Source of the DNA: Escherichia coli
GTDB lineage: Bacteria > Pseudomonadota > Gammaproteobacteria > Enterobacterales > Enterobacteriaceae
NCBI RefSeq assembly: GCF_003019035.1
Contig: NZ_CP027447.1
Length of the DNA: 64,000 nucleotides
Direction: 5' to 3' (one strand)
Each line of letters opens with the position of its first letter. Position 1 is the stretch's first letter. Of this stretch, positions 1-12,297 are shown in pieces. The notes beneath the pieces were generated by a model. That model saw only the letters and a list, made by a program, of their open reading frames with translations, was not told the origin of the DNA and searched no databases. A program made the translations under genes and the position numbers.

Positions 1-2410
<2,410 letters not shown>

Positions 2411-2462
2411 TTATCCTTAAGAGTGTAATAATTTCCTCCAGCTATCGCACTGGAGGAAAAAA

Positions 2463-2780
2463 TCAGGCATGGAGCTCTTTTCTTAATGAAATAATTTCCC
2501 TGGCTAAATCCTGGCATAATATTGCATTCATCAAATGATCCTGTGCATGAACCAGAATTAAATTAACTTCTATTTTGCCACAGCCTTCATCCTGACTAAT
2601 TAACGCGGTCTGAATCTTATGCGCCTGAAGACAGGCGGATTCAGAACTGGCCATTAGCTGAGTTGCGCCCTGCCAGTCTTTTTGCCCGGCACAACGTATG
2701 GCTTCCATCGCATCAGAACGGGCCTGTCCTGCGTTGACCAGTAACTCCATAACAAGTTCTTCATCTGCAAACATCAACAT
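2463..2780 (-). CDS. PTS lactose/cellobiose-family EIIA component
   Basis: 105 aa; resembles ChbA/CelC (helical IIA with LVHAQDHLM segment); position in IIB-IIC-IIA operon. Confidence 0.8.
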   Translation of the reverse strand: MLMFADEELVMELLVNAGQARSDAMEAIRCAGQKDWQGATQLMASSESACLQAHKIQTALISQDEGCGKIEVNLILVHAQDHLMNAILCQDLAREIISLRKELHA

Positions 2781-2801
2781 CTCCTTCCTGTGTAAATGGC
2801 A

Positions 2802-4124
2802 TTATCCGTTAGTTGTTAAGTTATTGACCTTGTTGGCGGCAATAACAAAAGGTAAATAGATCATTGTCGCCACACCTAAACATAAAAAACCCACCAGTAA
2901 CGCCAGCCAGTTTCCCCCGGTTCCGAGGAAAGCAATTAAAGGTCCGGGCGTAGTCCAGGGCACGGCATAAGCAACCGGTGGAATAATTTCCATCGAAACA
3001 AAGAAGTAACCAATGGCACAGTTAACAATAGGAACCATAATAAACGGCACCATCATGATGGGGTTAAGTACAATAGGAAGGCCGAACATTATCGGTTCAT
3101 TGATATTGAAAATACCGGGGATAAATGACATTTTTGCCAGATCACGGTATTCCGCACGCTTAGAAGCGATAAAAATAGCCAACAATAACCCCAACGTCAT
3201 ACCTGAACCGCCGCAGTTGGCGAATGCATCATTAATAGAAGTCCAGGTAATCGGATATGGCGCGCCCCAGGTAGTACCGTGTTGAGCGGCCCAGGAGAGA
3301 TTCTCCAGATTAGCCTCAGAAAAAACGGTTTCTCGAATTGCCGACGTTGTATTAGGTCCGTGGATCCCCAGCACCCAGAGGAAATTACCCACAGCCCCCA
3401 GGATAATTACCGCAAAGATATTCGTTCCCATATGTTTGAGCGGCGTCTGGATTAATGTGTAAATGAGGTCGTTTAATCCTGCCGGGGATATCAGTGTCAG
3501 GCAATAATTAAGTGCGGAAAAGAACACCATGACAAAAAATATTGGCAATAAAACTTTAAATGAACGCGCTACCGCAGGAGGTACAGCTGCCGGCATCGTG
3601 ATGGTGATTTTGGGGTTTCGAGCTAAGCGACAAAATATTTCACTGGTGATCAGTGCAACGATAACAGCAACAAATAACCCCTGCGCGCCGAGATATTTGG
3701 TCGTCAGGAATGCTTGCCCATCTATCATCTGATATGGCGTATATACAATAAAAAATGCTCCTATTGCCGTTAATCCGCATAAAAGATCATCTTGCTCATA
3801 GCTAATCGCCATATTCCTGGCGACCAGGAAAGCAATCATAATTGACATGATATTTACAGAACCATTCATTACCGGAGTAAAAATAGCTTGTGCTTTTTCA
3901 AGGTTGGGGAAAACGCTGTTCAGATGCAGCAGCCCGGCAATAAAGCCGTCGGGCGATAATATGGCAAAGTTAATTAATATAATTAATGAGCTTGCCATGA
4001 TAATTGGAAACGTAAAAACGAATCCATCTCTCACCGCTGCAACATGTTTTTGTGAGTTTAACTTGATAGCAACTGGAACAAGAAAACGTTCCATTCCACG
4101 TTCGAATGAGGCCATTAATCCCAT
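2802..4124 (-). CDS. PTS lactose/cellobiose-family EIIC permease
   Basis: 440 aa polytopic membrane protein between IIB and IIA genes. Confidence 0.8.
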   Translation of the reverse strand: MGLMASFERGMERFLVPVAIKLNSQKHVAAVRDGFVFTFPIIMASSLIILINFAILSPDGFIAGLLHLNSVFPNLEKAQAIFTPVMNGSVNIMSIMIAFLVARNMAISYEQDDLLCGLTAIGAFFIVYTPYQMIDGQAFLTTKYLGAQGLFVAVIVALITSEIFCRLARNPKITITMPAAVPPAVARSFKVLLPIFFVMVFFSALNYCLTLISPAGLNDLIYTLIQTPLKHMGTNIFAVIILGAVGNFLWVLGIHGPNTTSAIRETVFSEANLENLSWAAQHGTTWGAPYPITWTSINDAFANCGGSGMTLGLLLAIFIASKRAEYRDLAKMSFIPGIFNINEPIMFGLPIVLNPIMMVPFIMVPIVNCAIGYFFVSMEIIPPVAYAVPWTTPGPLIAFLGTGGNWLALLVGFLCLGVATMIYLPFVIAANKVNNLTTNG

Positions 4125-4237
4125 TTTTTATACCTGTTGTTTTGGATATTTATACATCCCAATAAAGCATGTATGCCATATCCATTTTATGATGTGTGAA
4201 AAGTTAGTTCAGGTAATAGTTTAATAAAATTAGATTC

Positions 4238-4549
4238 TTACTGTTGCAGTAGTTTCATCGCAAATTCAAGAACTGCCTGTCCGTTCATGGTGCCATAGTC
4301 TTTCATCTCGATAACAGCTACAGGCATTTTCCCCTGTGCAACAGCTTCAATCTCTGGTTTCTGAAAGCGAACTTGCGGGCCAAGTAAAACAACGTCAACT
4401 TCGTTATTTTTAATTTTCCCTTTAGCCTCTGCAATCGCCAATGCGGAAATATTAACTTCAAGTGAAATAGCGTTAGCATGATCAATCATACGTTTAACCA
4501 GCATACTGGTTGACATGCCCGCAGCGCAAACTAACAATATCTTTTTCAT
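4238..4549 (-). CDS. PTS lactose/cellobiose-family EIIB component
   Basis: 103 aa; MKKILLVCAAGMSTSMLV phospho-cysteine loop typical of ChbB-type IIB. Confidence 0.8.
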   Translation of the reverse strand: MKKILLVCAAGMSTSMLVKRMIDHANAISLEVNISALAIAEAKGKIKNNEVDVVLLGPQVRFQKPEIEAVAQGKMPVAVIEMKDYGTMNGQAVLEFAMKLLQQ

Positions 4550-4747
4550 ATTTTCCCTTACTGGTATATAACAGATTACATTGTGTAAATATCATATCCC
4601 GCAGTAGCTATACGTCCTGGTACATTGATCACAGTAATACAGCACTAAAGTTGTTCAACATCAGGGTGATAATTAAACGACTCGGCCATAGGATAAACCA
4701 ATCAGGACTCAACTCCTTGTTTTCAATGGCTCTTAAAAGGTGCAAAA

Positions 4748-5446
4748 GTGATTTTTCAAAAGATTGCCCGCTTACTTAAATCCGAGATCAATGGCTATTC
4801 ATGGCATGTTGGTGATTTGTTGCCGTCAGAAGCTGAACTCGCTGTTCGTTATAATGTTTCGCGTAATACCCTGCGTAAGGCATTATCCTTGCTGGAAGGC
4901 GAAGGAATTATTCATAGAAAGCATGGTTCAGGAACATACATTCAAAAAAAGAATTTTGTTGCACACATTGATCACATGAACAGTTTCAGTGAAATTGCGC
5001 ATAAAAGCGGCAAAGAGGCAGGGAGTCAGATTATGAAATTTGAAGTGCAGGATGCTTCTCCCCCTATTGCGACTGAGCTGAATTTAGTGACTGGTGAGCA
5101 GGTTTATTACATAAAGAGACTGCGATTCATTGAGGATAATGCAGCACAATTAGAAGAAACGTGGATGTCAGTGGCACGTTTTCCTGATTTAACCGTAGCA
5201 CATATGCAAAAATCCAAATTTTCGTATATTGAGAACGAATGCGGGATCAAAATCATTGGCACCTTTGAAACTTTCTCCCCGACTTTTCCTACCCCAGAAA
5301 TCGCCAGTATTTTACGGATCAGCCCACGGGATCCCATACTTAAAATTCAGACCCAGGCTGTGGACAGTAACTCTATTCCGCTGGATTATTCGTTACTTTA
5401 CAGCAATATTTTCGAGTTCCAGGTAAAGTACTTTTTCCCGCGATAA
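4748..5446 (+). CDS. GntR/HutC-family transcriptional regulator (probable regulator of the divergent PTS operon)
   Basis: 232 aa; N-terminal GntR HTH (LPSEAELAVRYNVSRNTLRKALSLLEGEGII) with UTRA-like C-terminal domain; GTG start at 4748. Confidence 0.7.
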   Translation: MIFQKIARLLKSEINGYSWHVGDLLPSEAELAVRYNVSRNTLRKALSLLEGEGIIHRKHGSGTYIQKKNFVAHIDHMNSFSEIAHKSGKEAGSQIMKFEVQDASPPIATELNLVTGEQVYYIKRLRFIEDNAAQLEETWMSVARFPDLTVAHMQKSKFSYIENECGIKIIGTFETFSPTFPTPEIASILRISPRDPILKIQTQAVDSNSIPLDYSLLYSNIFEFQVKYFFPR

Positions 5447-5452
5447 AAGCAG

Positions 5453-5485
5453 ACGCACAGAGTGCTGGCATCACATTCTGTGCGT
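5453..5485. terminator. Hairpin between convergent GntR regulator gene and eamA
   Basis: acgcacagagtg ... cacattctgtgcgt inverted repeat located between the two convergent stop codons. Confidence 0.4.
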
Positions 5486-5490
5486 ATGGT

Positions 5491-6390
5491 TTAGCCTCTA
5501 ACCTTTACCGCTTTACGCCACCGCAAGCCAAATACATTGATATACAGCCCGGTCATAATGAGCACCGCACCGAAAAATTGTAGACCCGTTAAGCGTTCAT
5601 CCAACAATAGTGCCGCACTTGCCAGTCCTACTACGGGCACCAGTAACGATAACGGTGCAACCCGCCAGGTTTCATAGCGTCCCAGTAACGTCCCCCAGAT
5701 CCCATAACCAACAATTGTCGCCACAAACGCCAGATACATCAGAGACAAGATGGTGGTCATATCGATAGTAACCAGACTGTGAATCATGGTTGCGGAACCA
5801 TCGAGAATCAGCGAGGCAACAAAGAAGGGAATGATTGGGATTAATGCACTCCAGATTACCAGCGACATCACCGCCGGACGCGTTGCGTGCGACATGATCT
5901 TTTTATTGAAGATGTTGCCACACGCCCAACTAAATGCTGCCGCCAGGGTCAACATAAAGCCGAGCATCGCCACATGCTGACCGTTCAGACTATCTTCGAT
6001 TAACACCAGTACGCCAAAAATCGCTAAGGCGATCCCCGCCAATTGTTTGCCATGCAGTCGCTCACCGAAAGTAAACGCTCCAAGCACGATAGTAAAAAAC
6101 GCCTGTGCCTGTAACACCAGCGAAGCCAGTCCAGCAGGCATACCGAAGTTAATGGCACAAAAAAGAAAAGCAAACTGCGCAAAACTGATGGTTAATCCAT
6201 ACCCCAGCAGCAAATTCAGTGGTACTTTCGGTCGTGCGACAAAAAAGATAGCCGGAAAAGCAACCAGCATAAAGCGCAAACCGGCCAACATCAGCGGTGG
6301 CATGTTATGAAGCCCCACTTTGATGACCACAAAATTTAGCCCCCATACGACCACTACCAGTAGCGCCAACACCCCATCTTTTCGCGACAT
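5491..6390 (-). CDS. eamA: Cysteine/O-acetylserine exporter EamA (YdeD)
   Basis: ORF 5491..6411; protein from MSRKDGVLALLVVVVWGLNFVVIKVG matches my recollection of E. coli EamA (299 aa, DMT superfamily) almost residue for residue; start placed at the MSRKDG methionine. Confidence 0.9.
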   Translation of the reverse strand: MSRKDGVLALLVVVVWGLNFVVIKVGLHNMPPLMLAGLRFMLVAFPAIFFVARPKVPLNLLLGYGLTISFAQFAFLFCAINFGMPAGLASLVLQAQAFFTIVLGAFTFGERLHGKQLAGIALAIFGVLVLIEDSLNGQHVAMLGFMLTLAAAFSWACGNIFNKKIMSHATRPAVMSLVIWSALIPIIPFFVASLILDGSATMIHSLVTIDMTTILSLMYLAFVATIVGYGIWGTLLGRYETWRVAPLSLLVPVVGLASAALLLDERLTGLQFFGAVLIMTGLYINVFGLRWRKAVKVRG

Positions 6391-6584
6391 TCTACCGCCT
6401 CTGAATTTCATCTTTTGTAAGCAATCAACTTAGCTGAATTTACGTTTCTTTAACAGTTGATTCGTTAGTCGCCGATTACGACGGCATTAATGCGCAAATA
6501 AGTCGCTATACTTCGGATTTTTGCCATGCTATTTCTTTACATCTCTAAAACAAAACATAACGAAACGCACTGCCGGACAGACAA

Positions 6585-7772
6585 ATGAACTTATCCCTAC
6601 GACGCTCTACCAGCGCCCTTCTTGCCTCGTCGTTGTTATTAACCATCGGACGCGGCGCTACGCTGCCGTTTATGACCATTTACTTGAGTCGCCAGTACAG
6701 CCTGAGTGTCGATCTAATCGGTTATGCGATGACAATTGCGCTCACTATTGGCGTCGTTTTTAGCCTCGGTTTTGGTATCCTGGCGGATAAGTTCGACAAG
6801 AAACGCTATATGTTACTGGCAATTACCGCCTTCGCTAGCGGTTTTATTGCCATTCCTTTAGTGAATAACGTGACGCTGGTGGTGCTCTTTTTTGCCCTTA
6901 TTAACTGCGCCTACTCCGTTTTTGCTACCGTGCTGAAAGCCTGGTTTGCCGACAATCTTTCCTCCACCAGCAAAACGAAAATCTTCTCAATCAACTACAC
7001 CATGCTCAACATTGGCTGGACCATCGGTCCGCCGCTCGGCACGCTGTTGGTGATGCAGAGCATCAATCTGCCCTTTTGGCTGGCAGCTATCTGTTCCGCG
7101 TTTCCCATGCTTTTCATTCAAATTTGGGTAAAGCGCAGCGAGAAAATCATCGCCACGGAAACAGGCAGTGCCTGGTCGCCGAAAGTTTTATTACAAGATA
7201 AAGCACTGTTGTGGTTTACCTGCTCTGGTTTTCTGGCTTCCTTTGTTAGCGGCGCATTTGCTTCATGCATTTCACAATATGTGATGGTGATTGCTGATGG
7301 GGATTTTGCCGAAAAGGTGGTCGCGGTTGTTCTTCCGGTGAATGCCGCCATGGTAGTTACGTTGCAATATTCCGTGGGCCGCCGCCTTAACCCGGCTAAC
7401 ATCCGCGCGCTGATGACAGCAGGCACCCTCTGTTTCGTCATCGGTCTGGTTGGTTTTATTTTTTCCGGCAACAGCCTGCTAATGTGGGGTATGTCAGCTG
7501 CGGTATTTACTGTCGGTGAAATCATTTATGCGCCGGGCGAGTATATGTTGATTGACCATATTGCGCCGCCAGGAATGAAAGCCAGCTATTTTTCCGCCCA
7601 GTCTTTAGGCTGGCTTGGTGCTGCGATTAACCCATTAGTGAGTGGCATAGTACTTACCAGTCTGCCGCCTTTCTCGCTGTTTATCATCTTAGCGTTGGTG
7701 ATCGTTGCTGCGTGGGTGCTGATGTTAAAAGGAATTCGTGCAAGACCGTGGGGGCAGCCCGCGCTTTGTTGA
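6585..7772 (+). CDS. ydeE: MFS transporter YdeE
   Basis: 395 aa, 12-TM MFS protein; sequence matches recalled E. coli YdeE. Confidence 0.9.
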   Translation: MNLSLRRSTSALLASSLLLTIGRGATLPFMTIYLSRQYSLSVDLIGYAMTIALTIGVVFSLGFGILADKFDKKRYMLLAITAFASGFIAIPLVNNVTLVVLFFALINCAYSVFATVLKAWFADNLSSTSKTKIFSINYTMLNIGWTIGPPLGTLLVMQSINLPFWLAAICSAFPMLFIQIWVKRSEKIIATETGSAWSPKVLLQDKALLWFTCSGFLASFVSGAFASCISQYVMVIADGDFAEKVVAVVLPVNAAMVVTLQYSVGRRLNPANIRALMTAGTLCFVIGLVGFIFSGNSLLMWGMSAAVFTVGEIIYAPGEYMLIDHIAPPGMKASYFSAQSLGWLGAAINPLVSGIVLTSLPPFSLFIILALVIVAAWVLMLKGIRARPWGQPALC

Positions 7773-7898
7773 TTTAAGTCGAACACAATAAAAATTTAAT
7801 TCAGCCTTCGTTTAGGTTACCTCTGCTAATATCTTTCTCATTGAGATGAAAATTAAGGTAAGCGAGGAAACACACCACACCATAAACGGAGGCAAATA

Positions 7899-7994
7899 AT
7901 GCTGGGTAATATGAATGTTTTTATGGCCGTACTGGGAATAATTTTATTTTCTGGGTTTCTGGCCGCGTATTTCAGCCACAAATGGGATGACTAA
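7899..7994 (+). CDS. mgtS: Small membrane protein MgtS (YneM), 31 aa
   Basis: Hand-translated ATG at 7899 after ggag SD: MLGNMNVFMAVLGIILFSGFLAAYFSHKWDD, stop TAA 7992-7994. Below the size cut-off of the ORF track. Confidence 0.75.
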   Translation: MLGNMNVFMAVLGIILFSGFLAAYFSHKWDD

Positions 7995-8024
7995 TGAACG
8001 GAGATAATCCCTCACCTAACCGGC

Positions 8025-8060
8025 CCCTTGTTACAGTTGTGTACAAGGGGCCTGATTTTT
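8025..8060 (+). terminator. Rho-independent terminator downstream of mgtS
   Basis: ccccttgt ... acaagggg stem followed by cctgattttt. Confidence 0.55.
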
Positions 8061-8065
8061 ATGAC

Positions 8066-8172
8066 GGCGAAAAAAAACCGCCAGTAAACCGGCGGTGAAT
8101 GCTTGCATGGATAGATTTGTGTTTTGCTTTTACGCTAACAGGCATTTTCCTGCACTGATAACGGATCGTTGA
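8066..8172 (-). ncRNA. mgrR: Candidate PhoP-regulated sRNA MgrR
   Basis: Minus-strand terminator hairpin ccgccggtttactggcgg plus a run of eight T (plus coords about 8066-8096) roughly 100 nt downstream of a PhoP-box-like direct repeat; location between mgtS and dgcZ agrees with where MgrR is reported. Ends are approximate. Confidence 0.5.
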
Positions 8173-8199
8173 CACAGTAGCATCAGTTTTCTCAATGAA

Positions 8200-8220
8200 T
8201 GTTAAACGGAGCTTAAACTC
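8200..8220 (-). promoter_or_regulatory. PhoP box-like direct repeat (AGTTTA-n5-CGTTTA) for mgrR
   Basis: Minus strand reads GAGTTTAAGCTCCGTTTAAC; hexamer repeats spaced 11 bp apart, overlapping the 3' end of dgcZ. Confidence 0.45.
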
Positions 8221-9103
8221 GGTGAATCACGTTTTGTTCGTCAATAAACATACAGCGATTTCTTCCGGTTTGCTTACCCTCATACATTGCCCGGTCCGCT
8301 CTTCCAATGACCACATCCAGAGGCTCTTCAGGAAATGCGCGACTCACACCAGCAGTCACGGTAATGTTGATATGCCCTTCAGAATGTGTGATGGCATGGT
8401 TATCGACTAACTGGCAAATTCTGACACCTGCACGACATGCTTCTTCATCATTAGCCGCTTTGACAATAATGATAAATTCTTCGCCACCGTAGCGATAAAC
8501 CGTTTCGTAATCGCGCGTCCAACTGGCTAAGTAAGTTGCCAGGGTGCGTAATACTACATCGCCGATAAAATGCCCGTAGGTATCATTAACCAATTTAAAT
8601 CGGTCAATATCCAACAACATTAAATAAAGATTCAGAGGATCAGCGTTGCGTAACTGATGATCAAAGGATTCATCAAGAACCCGACGCCCCGGCAATCCCG
8701 TCAGAACATCCATATTGCTACGGATCGTCAGCAAATAAATTTTGTAATCGGTTAATGCCGCAGTAAAAGAAAGCAACCCTTCCTGAAAAGCGTCGAAATG
8801 CGCGTCCTGCCAGTGATTTTCAACAATAGCCAGCATTAATTCCCGACCACAGTTATGCATATGTTGATGGGCAGAATCCATTAGCCGAACGTAAGGTAAT
8901 TCATCGTTATCGAGTGGCCCCAGATGATCAATCCACCGACCAAACTGGCACAGTCCATAAGAATGGTTATCCGTTATTTCTGGCTTACTGGCATCTCTCG
9001 CGACCACGCTGTGAAACATACTTACCAGCCACTGGTAGTGGGCATCGATAGCCTTATTGAGATTTAACAAGATGGCATCAATTTCCGTTGTCTTCTTGAT
9101 CAT
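8213..9103 (-). CDS. dgcZ: Zinc-regulated diguanylate cyclase DgcZ (YdeH), CZB sensor plus GGDEF
   Basis: Sequence from MIKKTTEIDAILLNLNKAIDAHYQW matches recalled DgcZ; RYGGEEF active-site motif present; 296 aa from the MIKKTT start. Confidence 0.9.
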   Translation of the reverse strand: MIKKTTEIDAILLNLNKAIDAHYQWLVSMFHSVVARDASKPEITDNHSYGLCQFGRWIDHLGPLDNDELPYVRLMDSAHQHMHNCGRELMLAIVENHWQDAHFDAFQEGLLSFTAALTDYKIYLLTIRSNMDVLTGLPGRRVLDESFDHQLRNADPLNLYLMLLDIDRFKLVNDTYGHFIGDVVLRTLATYLASWTRDYETVYRYGGEEFIIIVKAANDEEACRAGVRICQLVDNHAITHSEGHINITVTAGVSRAFPEEPLDVVIGRADRAMYEGKQTGRNRCMFIDEQNVIHRV

Positions 9104-9357
9104 TGCCACTCCTTTTTCACAGTTCCTTGTGCGCGCTATTCTAACGGGAGAAAAGCAAAATTACGTCAATATTTTCATAGAAATCCGAAGTTATGAGTCA
9201 TCTCTGAGATAACATTGTGATTTGAAACAAAATCAGCAGATAAAAAAGTGTTTAATTCTGTAAATTAACCCTGCATTATCGCAATTAAAAGGATGACAAA
9301 TAACATAACCCAATAACCTAATGGCCCCGTAGTTCAGGCCATCAGGCTAATTTATTT

Positions 9358-9750
9358 TTATTTCTGCAAATGAGTGACCCGAACGACGGCCGGAGCGCTT
9401 TTCTTATCCAGACTTCCGCTAATGTTGATCATCTGGTCCGGCTGAACTTCTCGTCCATCAAAGACTGCCGCAGGAATAACAACATTAATTTCACCGCTCT
9501 TATCGCGAAAAACGTAACGGTCTTCTCCTTTGTGAGAAATCAAATTACCGCGCAGTGAAACCGAAGCGCCATCATGCATGGTTTTTGCGAAATCAACGGT
9601 CATTTTTTTTGCATCATCGGTTCCGCGATAGCCATCTTCTATTGCATGAGGCGGCGGTGGCGCTGCATCCTGTTTTAATCCGCCCTGGTCATCTGCCAAC
9701 GCATAAGGCATGACAAGAAAACTTGCTAATACAATGGCCTGAAATTTCAT
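9358..9750 (-). CDS. ydeI: Periplasmic OB-fold stress protein YdeI (YgiW/BOF family)
   Basis: 130 aa with signal peptide [19 protein letters not shown]; matches recalled YdeI. Confidence 0.9.
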
Positions 9751-9980
9751 ACTGACTCCTTAATTGCGTTTGGTTTGACTTATAAAGTCTGGTTGCTATT
9801 TTTATAATTGCCAAATAAGAATACTGCCAATTGTTATAAGGCATTTAAAATCAGGCTACTAACTGTCAAATATTCAGAGAATTTAACTCACTAAGGTTAA
9901 GAAGAAGATTAAAGAGTCTTAAACATATTTCAGAACAATCAGATTTATAAATTTGAAAATTATTATAACGGAAGAGTATA

Positions 9981-10070
9981 CAAAAAAAGTAATTTTGCTG
10001 GCGACTGCGAAACGGCATTCGCATTAGCGGTGAAGTTTGCCCTCGCCCAACTGCTGCAATTACTGCTATA
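9981..10070 (+). pseudogene. Possible 3' remnant of ydeJ (CinA C-terminal-domain-like) left after deletion
   Basis: In-frame plus-strand tail ...GDCETAFALAVKFALAQLLQLLL-stop with no start or upstream body; in K-12, as I recall, ydeJ (172 aa) sits between ydeI and dcp, but only about 360 bp separate them here. Confidence 0.3.
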
Positions 10071-10115
10071 ACGAGGCTGGTCTGGCGATAAATCCAGGCC
10101 AGCCATTGGTGGTGT

Positions 10116-12161
10116 TTATACGTTCAAGCCACGATGTTGCAGCATCGGCATAATCTGAGGTGCCTTACCGCGCCATTGTCGATACAGGCGTTCCAGATCT
10201 TCGCTGTTACCTCTGGAAAGAATCGCCTCGCGAAAACGCAGCCCATTTTCACGCGTTAATCCGCCCTGCTCAACAAACCACTGATAACCATCATCGGCCA
10301 ACATTTGCGTCCACAGATAAGCGTAATAACCCGCGGCATATCCGCCACCAAAAATATGGGCGAAATAACTGCTGCGATAGCGTGGCGGTATAGCGGGAAG
10401 ATCCATATTTTCCGCCACCAGCGCCCGCAATTCGAAATCATCGACATCCTGCATTGCTTCGTTTTCTTCCAGGCAATGCCAGCGCATATCGAGAAGTGCG
10501 GCGCTAAGCAGTTCGCTCATCTCATACCCTTTATTGAACAGGCTGGCATTACGCATTTTCTGTTGCAGTTCGTCAGGCATCGCTGCCCCGCTCTGATAAT
10601 GCCGGGCGTAGCGAGCGAATACCTGCGGATGCGTTGCCCAGTGTTCGTTGATTTGCGACGGAAATTCGACAAAATCACGCGGCGTGTTGGTGCCGGAAAG
10701 CGTGGCATAACGCTGGCAGGCAAACAGGCCGTGCAGCGTATGACCAAATTCATGGAATAAGGTTATTACATCATCCCAGAGTAACAACGCAGGCTCCCCA
10801 GCAGCGGGTTTCTGATAATTGCAGACGTTATAAATTACCGGGTGCGTTTCATTCAGCGTTGATTGCTCAACAAAATTGCCCATCCATGCGCCGCCGCTTT
10901 TTGAATCACGGGCGAAGAAATCACCGTAAAATAACGCCAGCCCCACGCCATTATGATCAAAAATTTCCCACACCCGAACGTCAGGATGGTAGACAGGAAT
11001 ATCAAAACGTTCGACAAACTTAATACCGAAGAGCTGATTCGCGGTCCAGAATACACCTTCATTCAACACCGTGTTTAATTCAAAATATGGCTTGAGCTGC
11101 GACTCATCGAGATCGAATTTCTCACGTCTTACCTGCTCGGCATAAAATGCCCAGTCCCACGGCTGCGCGCTAAACCCGCCCTGCTGCTTATCGATAACCG
11201 CCTGTATGGAGGCTAATTCATCGCTTGCACGTTGACGCGCCGCTGGAACAATTTCCCGCATAAAGTTGAGTGCTGCTTCAGGTGTTTTTGCCATCTGATC
11301 GGCGATTTTCCATGCGGCATAATGAGGAAAACCAAGTAATGTTGCCTGTTGTGCACGGATCTCCACCAGACGTTGAATGATAGCGCGGGTATCATTGGCA
11401 TCATTTTTTTCCGCTCGCGTCCAGCCCGCAATAAACAGTTTTTCACGCGTCGCACGATCGCGCAGTTCAGCAAGCGCTGGTTGCTGGGTGGTATTCAGCA
11501 GCGGAATCAGCCATTTGTTATCCAGACCTTTCTCGCGAGCCGCCTCTGCCGCCAGCGCAATCTCTTGCTCACTCATTCCTGCCAGCTGCGCGATATCGTT
11601 CACAACCAGACCGCCGGATTTATTTGCTGCCAGTAACCGCTGGTTAAACTGGCTGGTCAGGGTCGCAGCTTCTGTATTCAGTACTTTTAATTTTGCTTTA
11701 TCAGCTTGCTTAAGTTTGGCTCCGGCAAGGACAAAACGTTGATGAATCACCTCCACCAGGCGGATGGATTCACTATCAAGCCCCAGGGATTCACGGCGCT
11801 GCCAGACAGCATCTACCCGCGCGAATAATTCCCCGTTCAGATAGATATCATTCGCAAGTTCCGCCAGTTCAGCGGAAAACTGTTCATCAAGACGCTGTAA
11901 TTCATCATTGGTATGCGCCGCAGTCATCGCAAAAAAGACGCTGGTAACGCGGGTAAGTAATTCTCCGCTTTGTTCCAGTGCCAGAATAGTATTGTTGAAA
12001 TCAGGCGTTTGCGGGTTAAGCGCGATGGCAGTAATTTCTGCCCGCTTTTGCAGCATTCCCTCATCGAATGCCGGGCGATAGTGATGATTGGCAATTTGAT
12101 CAAAATGGGGAGCCAGATACGGCAGTGTGCTTTGCACAAGGAAAGGATTCATTGTTGTCAT
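10116..12161 (-). CDS. dcp: Dipeptidyl carboxypeptidase II (M3 family zinc peptidase)
   Basis: ORF 10116..12227; from MTTMNPFLVQSTLPYLAPHF the protein matches recalled Dcp (681 aa); HEFGH zinc motif present. Confidence 0.9.
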   Translation of the reverse strand: MTTMNPFLVQSTLPYLAPHFDQIANHHYRPAFDEGMLQKRAEITAIALNPQTPDFNNTILALEQSGELLTRVTSVFFAMTAAHTNDELQRLDEQFSAELAELANDIYLNGELFARVDAVWQRRESLGLDSESIRLVEVIHQRFVLAGAKLKQADKAKLKVLNTEAATLTSQFNQRLLAANKSGGLVVNDIAQLAGMSEQEIALAAEAAREKGLDNKWLIPLLNTTQQPALAELRDRATREKLFIAGWTRAEKNDANDTRAIIQRLVEIRAQQATLLGFPHYAAWKIADQMAKTPEAALNFMREIVPAARQRASDELASIQAVIDKQQGGFSAQPWDWAFYAEQVRREKFDLDESQLKPYFELNTVLNEGVFWTANQLFGIKFVERFDIPVYHPDVRVWEIFDHNGVGLALFYGDFFARDSKSGGAWMGNFVEQSTLNETHPVIYNVCNYQKPAAGEPALLLWDDVITLFHEFGHTLHGLFACQRYATLSGTNTPRDFVEFPSQINEHWATHPQVFARYARHYQSGAAMPDELQQKMRNASLFNKGYEMSELLSAALLDMRWHCLEENEAMQDVDDFELRALVAENMDLPAIPPRYRSSYFAHIFGGGYAAGYYAYLWTQMLADDGYQWFVEQGGLTRENGLRFREAILSRGNSEDLERLYRQWRGKAPQIMPMLQHRGLNV

Positions 12162-12297
12162 TTTCTTCTCCTGAACGCGAGGTGTTCCATAGCGTAGGCT
12201 TACTGATAACGGAGTGCAATCTTGCAAACCAGTATTACCCGCTCTTAAGCATCACGTGCTATGTTATTGACACACAAAAGCGTTGAGGAACAGTGAG

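Noticed and set aside
10305-11742. Multiple 78-151 aa ORFs within the dcp region
   Set aside because: All are alternative-frame or antisense ORFs inside the conserved dcp gene.
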